Source of the DNA: Algoriphagus marincola HL-49
GTDB lineage: Bacteria > Bacteroidota > Bacteroidia > Cytophagales > Cyclobacteriaceae
DNA: 64,000 bases
Assembly (NCBI GenBank): GCA_001314815.1
Contig: LJXT01000001.1
Span: 7,301-71,300 of the forward strand
Direction of reading: 5' to 3'
A model generated the notes under the pieces. That model was not told the origin of the DNA. It did no database searches and saw only the letters and a list, made by a program, of their open reading frames with translations. Both the position numbers and the translations under genes were made by a program. Shown here piece after piece: positions 59,062 to 64,000 of the stretch. Within the stretch, counting starts at the first letter, position 1; every line of letters starts with the position of its first letter.

Positions 59062-60192
59062 TCAGAGACGAGTGCTTACTTTTTTGACCATCTGGGTTTT
59101 CCAGCTAGCAAAATCACCGGCTAAAATATGATTTCTTGCCTCTTTTACTAACCACAGATAGAAAGACAAGTTGTGAATACTGGCGATTTGTGCGGCCAAA
59201 ATTTCCTTAGAAATTGTTAAATGACGCAAATAGGCCTTCGAATAAAAAGTACTCGCATAATTTCCTATGGCGGGATCGATAGGAGTGAAATCATCTTTCC
59301 ACTTTTCATTTCGAATGTTGATGATCCCTTCTGAGGTAAAAAGCATCCCGTTTCGGGCATTTCGCGTCGGCATTACGCAGTCAAACATATCGACCCCAAG
59401 TGCGATGCATTCCAGAATATTGGCAGGGGTTCCCACCCCCATCAGGTAGCGGGGTTTATCCCTCGGCAAAAGGTCTGTGACGATCTCGGTCATTTCGTAC
59501 ATCATTTCAGCGGGTTCTCCTACAGAAAGACCACCTATTGCATTTCCTTCTCGACCTTGCTCAGCGATGAATTCCGCACTTTGCTTTCGCAAATCCTTGT
59601 AAACAGATCCCTGTACGATCGGAAATAATGTCTGATTGTAGCCGTATTTTCCTTCCGTAGAGTCAAATCGTTCGGCACAACGCTTGAGCCAGCGATGCGT
59701 CATTTCCATGGACTTTCTCGCATAACCATACTCGCAAGGATAGGGCGTACATTCATCAAAAGCCATGATGATATCCGCTCCGATAGTCCGCTGAATGTCC
59801 ATCACATTTTCTGGAGTGAAATTGTGCTTTGATCCATCAATATGGGATTTGAAGGTAACCCCTTCTTCTTTAATCTTTCGTGTCCCGGCAAGCGAAAAAA
59901 CCTGATACCCTCCCGAGTCCGTCAAAATCGGCCGATCCCAACCATTGAATTTGTGAAGACCTCCGGCTTTTTCCAGAATATCCAATCCTGGTCGCAGATA
60001 TAGATGGTAAGTATTTCCCAAAATAATCTGGGCTTGCACATCCTCCTTAAGTTCCCGCTGATGGACAGCCTTGACAGTACCTGCCGTTCCGACTGGCATA
60101 AAGATGGGCGTCTCGATCTTTCCATGGTCTGTTTCCACCAGTCCTGCCCTGGCTTTGGATTGAGGATCTTCCTGTGCTAAAGTGAACTTCAT
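59062..60192 (-). CDS. tgt: Queuine tRNA-ribosyltransferase
   Basis: TPIFMPVGT, NTYHL, TDSGGYQVFSL, IVQG, RYLMGVG, DCVMPTRNARNG. Confidence 0.98.
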   Translation of the reverse strand: MKFTLAQEDPQSKARAGLVETDHGKIETPIFMPVGTAGTVKAVHQRELKEDVQAQIILGNTYHLYLRPGLDILEKAGGLHKFNGWDRPILTDSGGYQVFSLAGTRKIKEEGVTFKSHIDGSKHNFTPENVMDIQRTIGADIIMAFDECTPYPCEYGYARKSMEMTHRWLKRCAERFDSTEGKYGYNQTLFPIVQGSVYKDLRKQSAEFIAEQGREGNAIGGLSVGEPAEMMYEMTEIVTDLLPRDKPRYLMGVGTPANILECIALGVDMFDCVMPTRNARNGMLFTSEGIINIRNEKWKDDFTPIDPAIGNYASTFYSKAYLRHLTISKEILAAQIASIHNLSFYLWLVKEARNHILAGDFASWKTQMVKKVSTRL

Positions 60193-60301
60193 CGAAGGAT
60201 TATTTTGATTGGGTGGCCAAAAAAGAGCCGAGACAAAATTATCTCTTTATTCCTAAACGAATGCTGAAATTGATTTTATATTTGCCGAGCACAACTAAAC
60301 T

Positions 60302-61435
60302 ATGGCCCTTCTTTTACTCTGGATTCTATTTGGACTTGGCATTTTTATTCAGCTGATTTATTTGTTACCCATATTTGGGAAAGTCGCATTTTTCAAGGCA
60401 AAACCAGACAGTAATTCTGAAAATACCGAAGGTGTTACCGTCTTGATCGCCGCTCATAATGAGTTCAAAAACCTAAGACGGCTGATTCCTCAATTATTTG
60501 AGCAGGATTATCCCAACTTTGATGTCCTGGTGATCAATGACCGAAGCAGGGATAGAACGAGTCGACTTTTGGAGGATCTCATGAGTCAGTATCCCAAACT
60601 GCGTACGGTCACTGTGAAATATACCCCTAACCATGTGACCGCCAAGAAATATGCACTCACTCTCGGTATCAAAGTGGCCAAAAATGACGTCATCTTATTG
60701 ACAGACGCAGATTGTATCCCTGCATCCGATCAGTGGATTCGTAAAATGACTCAGCCCGTTAGAAATCAAAATATGACCTTTTCGATTGGGTACTCCGGCT
60801 ATGAACAGCAAAAGGGATTCCTTAACCGATGGATTCAATTCGAAACGCTTAAAACAGCGCTTTTGTATCTATCCTTTGCCAAGTGGAAAAGCCCATTTAT
60901 GGGAGTTGGGAGAAACCTTTGCTACCGGCGTAGTTTTTTCATGGAAATCAAAGCTTTCAAAGACCTTTGGCATCTCGAGGGAGGTGACGATGACCTGTTG
61001 ATCAACCGTTATGCCACCGGTAAAAACACCCGTGCGGTTTTGGATACAGATGCAAGGACTATTTCTATTCCCAAGGAGAACTGGAAGGATTACTTTTCTC
61101 AGAAAAAAAGACATTTAAATATCGGAAAGCACTATTTGACGCAAGACAAGCTAAAAATCGGTTGGTATGCCTTTTCCCACCTTTTATTCTGGGCTGGAGC
61201 CATAGGTTTATTTATTTATTTGGCTTTGGAGCAGAAATGGGAACAAATTGCGATCGTTTTCGGTATATTTCTCATGAGGCTTCTGCTACTCGCTTGGGTA
61301 TTTTCCAAGGCCAACAGAAATCTCAATGGTCAAAAAAATCCATCAAACACCTTAATCAATGACTTTTTGTATTTAGGTTATTTTTGGATTTTGGGACCAA
61401 TATCCCATCAGTCAAAGGACATCAAATGGAACTAA
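60302..61435 (+). CDS. Membrane GT2 glycosyltransferase
   Basis: VLIAAHNE, INDRSRD, KKYAL, LTDADC, GDDDL, QKKRH; -7 TATATTTG at 60277-60284. Confidence 0.88.
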   Translation: MALLLLWILFGLGIFIQLIYLLPIFGKVAFFKAKPDSNSENTEGVTVLIAAHNEFKNLRRLIPQLFEQDYPNFDVLVINDRSRDRTSRLLEDLMSQYPKLRTVTVKYTPNHVTAKKYALTLGIKVAKNDVILLTDADCIPASDQWIRKMTQPVRNQNMTFSIGYSGYEQQKGFLNRWIQFETLKTALLYLSFAKWKSPFMGVGRNLCYRRSFFMEIKAFKDLWHLEGGDDDLLINRYATGKNTRAVLDTDARTISIPKENWKDYFSQKKRHLNIGKHYLTQDKLKIGWYAFSHLLFWAGAIGLFIYLALEQKWEQIAIVFGIFLMRLLLLAWVFSKANRNLNGQKNPSNTLINDFLYLGYFWILGPISHQSKDIKWN

Positions 61436-62037
61436 ACCAACGTGGATTTTCTAAGAAAGCACTCGAAGACTTCGATCTAATCGATCAAGCCGTTGAGGAA
61501 AAAGATCAGCAAGCTTATGCAGCTTTGATGAAGCGCTACAAGAAGGCTGTTTACTTCATGATTCTCAAGATGATCCGAGATGCCGATGATGCTGAAGATT
61601 TGACCATGGAGGCATTTGCCAAAGCCTTTAAAAACCTACATCGATTCAAAAAAGACTACACCTTTTCCACTTGGCTTTTCCGGATTGCAACCAATAATGC
61701 CATCGATTTTATCCGTAAGAAAAAGCTCAAAACCATGAGCCTAAACACCACCATGTCCGATGATAGTGGCAACTCAGTGACCATCGATGTGGAAGACGAT
61801 GACAACAATCCTCAGGATGAATTCATCAAGTCTCAGCGGATCGAAATGGTGCGGATTTTTGTCGATAAGCTTCCAGCCAAATACCGCAAACTGGTTCAAC
61901 TTCGATACTTTGATGAGCTTTCTTACGAAGAGATCGCCCAAGAACTCGAAAAACCACTCGGAACAGTCAAAGCACAATTGCACCGCTCCCGAGAACTATT
62001 ATATGAAATCGCCTCCGGCAAAGAAAAGCACATCTGA
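61426..62037 (+). CDS. ECF RNA polymerase sigma factor
   Basis: DAEDLT.EAF.KAF, FSTWLFRIATN, LSYEEIAQEL..PLGTVKAQLHR. Confidence 0.95.
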   Translation: MELNQRGFSKKALEDFDLIDQAVEEKDQQAYAALMKRYKKAVYFMILKMIRDADDAEDLTMEAFAKAFKNLHRFKKDYTFSTWLFRIATNNAIDFIRKKKLKTMSLNTTMSDDSGNSVTIDVEDDDNNPQDEFIKSQRIEMVRIFVDKLPAKYRKLVQLRYFDELSYEEIAQELEKPLGTVKAQLHRSRELLYEIASGKEKHI

Positions 62038-62681
62038 TGAACTCCGGCACCCAGCTGATTCTTTCCTATTTTCCTAATCTAACTGAAAAGCAGATTGAGC
62101 AATTCGATCGCTTACAGGAACTCTATGCTGATTGGAATGCAAAAATAAATGTGATCAGCCGCAAGGACATGGATCAGTTTTACATCCATCATGTCCTTCA
62201 TTCCTTGGGAATAGCCCAAGTCATGCGATTTCAGCCTGGCACCAAAGTACTCGATATCGGTACGGGGGGAGGATTTCCGGGAATCCCATTAGCCATTCTT
62301 TTTCCAGAAACTCACTTTCACCTAGTGGATTCGATTGGAAAAAAAATTACAGTTGTGAAAGAGGTAGCCAAAGCCCTTAAGCTCAGCAATGTAGAAGCCC
62401 AACAAGCCCGGGCGGAGACATTAGTACGGAAATATGATTTTGTGATCAGCCGCGCCGTGACCCGTATGATCAATTTTTACCCTTGGGTCAAAGGAAAAAT
62501 CAAGCGAGAGGATTTTAATGAATTTCCCAATGGCGTCCTTTACCTCAAAGGAGGCGATGTGGATGAGGAAATGGAGGAAACAGGCAAATCCTATGTAACC
62601 TACCACTTAAGTGACTATTTCAAGGAAGATTTTTTTGAGACCAAAAAGGTGGTCTATATGCCCTGGGAGGACAAAAGGTGA
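62037..62681 (+). CDS. rsmG: 16S rRNA m7G527 methyltransferase
   Basis: WNAKINVISRKD, HVLHSL, LDIGTGGGFPGIPLAI, DSIGKK, SRAV, LKGG. Confidence 0.97.
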   Translation: MNSGTQLILSYFPNLTEKQIEQFDRLQELYADWNAKINVISRKDMDQFYIHHVLHSLGIAQVMRFQPGTKVLDIGTGGGFPGIPLAILFPETHFHLVDSIGKKITVVKEVAKALKLSNVEAQQARAETLVRKYDFVISRAVTRMINFYPWVKGKIKREDFNEFPNGVLYLKGGDVDEEMEETGKSYVTYHLSDYFKEDFFETKKVVYMPWEDKR

Positions 62682-62684
62682 CAG

Positions 62685-62772
62685 ATTGTACCTTTTAAGA
62701 TACAGTTTGATCCTAAAATTGTACTTTTAAAGATACAATTCAACCCTTTTACTGTATCTTTGAAGGTACAGT
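62685..62772. promoter_or_regulatory. Three 22-bp imperfect palindromes at exact 33-bp period; the third contains the -7 element and overlaps the GTG start
   Basis: ATTGTACCTTTTAAGATACAGT (62685), ATTGTACTTTTAAAGATACAAT (62718), ACTGTATCTTTGAAGGTACAGT (62751); TATCTTTG at 62755-62762. Confidence 0.85.
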
Positions 62773-63967
62773 GGAAAACCTTTTAAAAAGATATCAATCG
62801 TTATTATCCAAGGTTCAACTTGGGTTTGAGAGAAATTTATCTTCCCAAATCAATTGGGAAGCAAGAGCTATTGGACTAAAAGGAGCACGTGGAACAGGGA
62901 AATCCACACTCATGCTTCAGCAAATCAAGAAGCGGGGGGATTTCTCCAAATCGGTATACATTTCATTAGATGACCTCTATTTCAAAAATAATACTGTCCT
63001 AGATACTGCTGAGCAACTTTATCGTGACGGGATCCGAAGACTTTATTTGGATGAAGTTCATAAATACCATGATTGGCAGCGGGAAATAAAAAATTTATAT
63101 GACTTCTACCCGGATCTAAAGCTGATCATTTCTGGATCTTCTATCCTTGAGCTTCAGAAGTCTAGTGTTGATCTAAGTCGAAGAGTTCTGTTTTATGAAT
63201 TACCGAGCCTTTCTTTTCGGGAATTTTTAGAATTAAAATATGGCATCATAATTCCAAAATTCACATTAGAAGAACTACAGAAAAATCATATTTCAATCGC
63301 ACAAAGTATTAAAGAAAAGCTAGATTCACCTCTCACCTATTTTCGTGAATTTCTAGAATATGGCGCTTATCCTTACTTTATGGAGGGGGTAACAGATTTC
63401 GGCTATCGGCTTCAGCAGGTCGTCAATGTAGTAATCGATTATGATTTACCTGAGGCCAAAGATATCTCGGTGGGCACCCAAAGCAAACTGAAAAAGCTTC
63501 TTTTTATACTCTCAGAATCAGTTCCCTTCACTCCGAATATTTCAAAACTTGCAACCCAACTTGAAACCACAAGGCCAATCCTATTGGAGATGCTCTATTT
63601 ACTTGAAGAAGCGCGTCTAGTCCGGAATCTGAGGTCCGCTAGCAAAGGAACTTCACTGCTTAATAAGCCTGAAAAAATTTATCTCTCAAACACCAGTTTG
63701 ATTCATAGTTTTTCTGAAAAAGGAAGAAATCAAGGAAATCTCAGAGAAACATTTGCCATTGACCAACTTCAAAATGCAGGCTATTCAGTCACATTCCCGA
63801 AACAGGGTGACTTTCTGGTTAATGAAACTTATTTATTAGAAATCGGTGGAGCGGGGAAAGGTTCGTCTCAGGTATCAAATTTTGAAAACCATCTTATCTT
63901 CTCAGACGATTTGGAAATAGGCTGGGGAAGAAAGCTCCCACTATTTTTACTTGGATTAATGTATTAA
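62771..63967 (+). CDS. AAA_14 ATPase with winged helix and DUF4143-like C-terminal domain
   Basis: Walker A GARGTGKS, Walker B LYLDEVHKY, SGSS, LSRR, YGAYP, PNISKLA..L, KPEKIYL, RETF, DFLV...EIGG.GK. Confidence 0.92.
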   Translation: MENLLKRYQSLLSKVQLGFERNLSSQINWEARAIGLKGARGTGKSTLMLQQIKKRGDFSKSVYISLDDLYFKNNTVLDTAEQLYRDGIRRLYLDEVHKYHDWQREIKNLYDFYPDLKLIISGSSILELQKSSVDLSRRVLFYELPSLSFREFLELKYGIIIPKFTLEELQKNHISIAQSIKEKLDSPLTYFREFLEYGAYPYFMEGVTDFGYRLQQVVNVVIDYDLPEAKDISVGTQSKLKKLLFILSESVPFTPNISKLATQLETTRPILLEMLYLLEEARLVRNLRSASKGTSLLNKPEKIYLSNTSLIHSFSEKGRNQGNLRETFAIDQLQNAGYSVTFPKQGDFLVNETYLLEIGGAGKGSSQVSNFENHLIFSDDLEIGWGRKLPLFLLGLMY

Positions 63968-64000
63968 GTCCCCAAAATGGGTGTTGTCCAATTTCAAAAT

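Noticed and set aside
62685-62772. Possible mini-CRISPR (22-bp repeats)
   Set aside because: Spacers are only 11 bp, repeats are degenerate, no cas genes are present, and the repeats overlap a promoter and start codon.

Overview
Ordinary chromosomal window of a Bacteroidota genome, most likely Cyclobacteriaceae (Algoriphagus-like). This is inferred from TAnnTTTG promoters, the rpsU-xerC-hpf block, stand-alone atpDC, DUF2851 and HmuY. Housekeeping content: NarL-type two-component pair, nucleoside phosphorylase, trhO, pyrF, atpDC, ddl, purM, an attenuated ilvD-ilvB-ilvN-ilvC-leuA-leuC-leuD-cimA-leuB operon, ispE, lptG/F, tgt, an ECF sigma factor, rsmG and a Fur-type heme uptake operon (hmuTUV-hemS-TBDR-hmuY). 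AT-rich accessory patches carry beta-propeller lipoproteins, toxin-antitoxin pairs and two AAA_14/DUF4143 ATPases. Main structure not explained by gene calls: (1) both DUF4143 ATPases have promoters embedded in palindromes abutting the start codon, one a 17-3-17 perfect palindrome and the other three 22-bp palindromes at exact 33-bp period; (2) a 1526-bp Cys-rich peptide + lipoprotein unit is bounded by a 32-bp direct repeat encoding the lipoprotein's own C-terminus; (3) a 275-bp array of 15 heptamers alternates with inserts, half of which are 17-nt, mostly GNA-triloop mini-hairpins. Also found: an unannotated leader-peptide attenuator, a nonsense-inactivated ParE toxin, an antitoxin-like remnant and an HmuY lacking Met and nearly lacking His. 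No rRNA, tRNA, CRISPR or intact IS was recognised. All family assignments come from motif recognition, not database searches.
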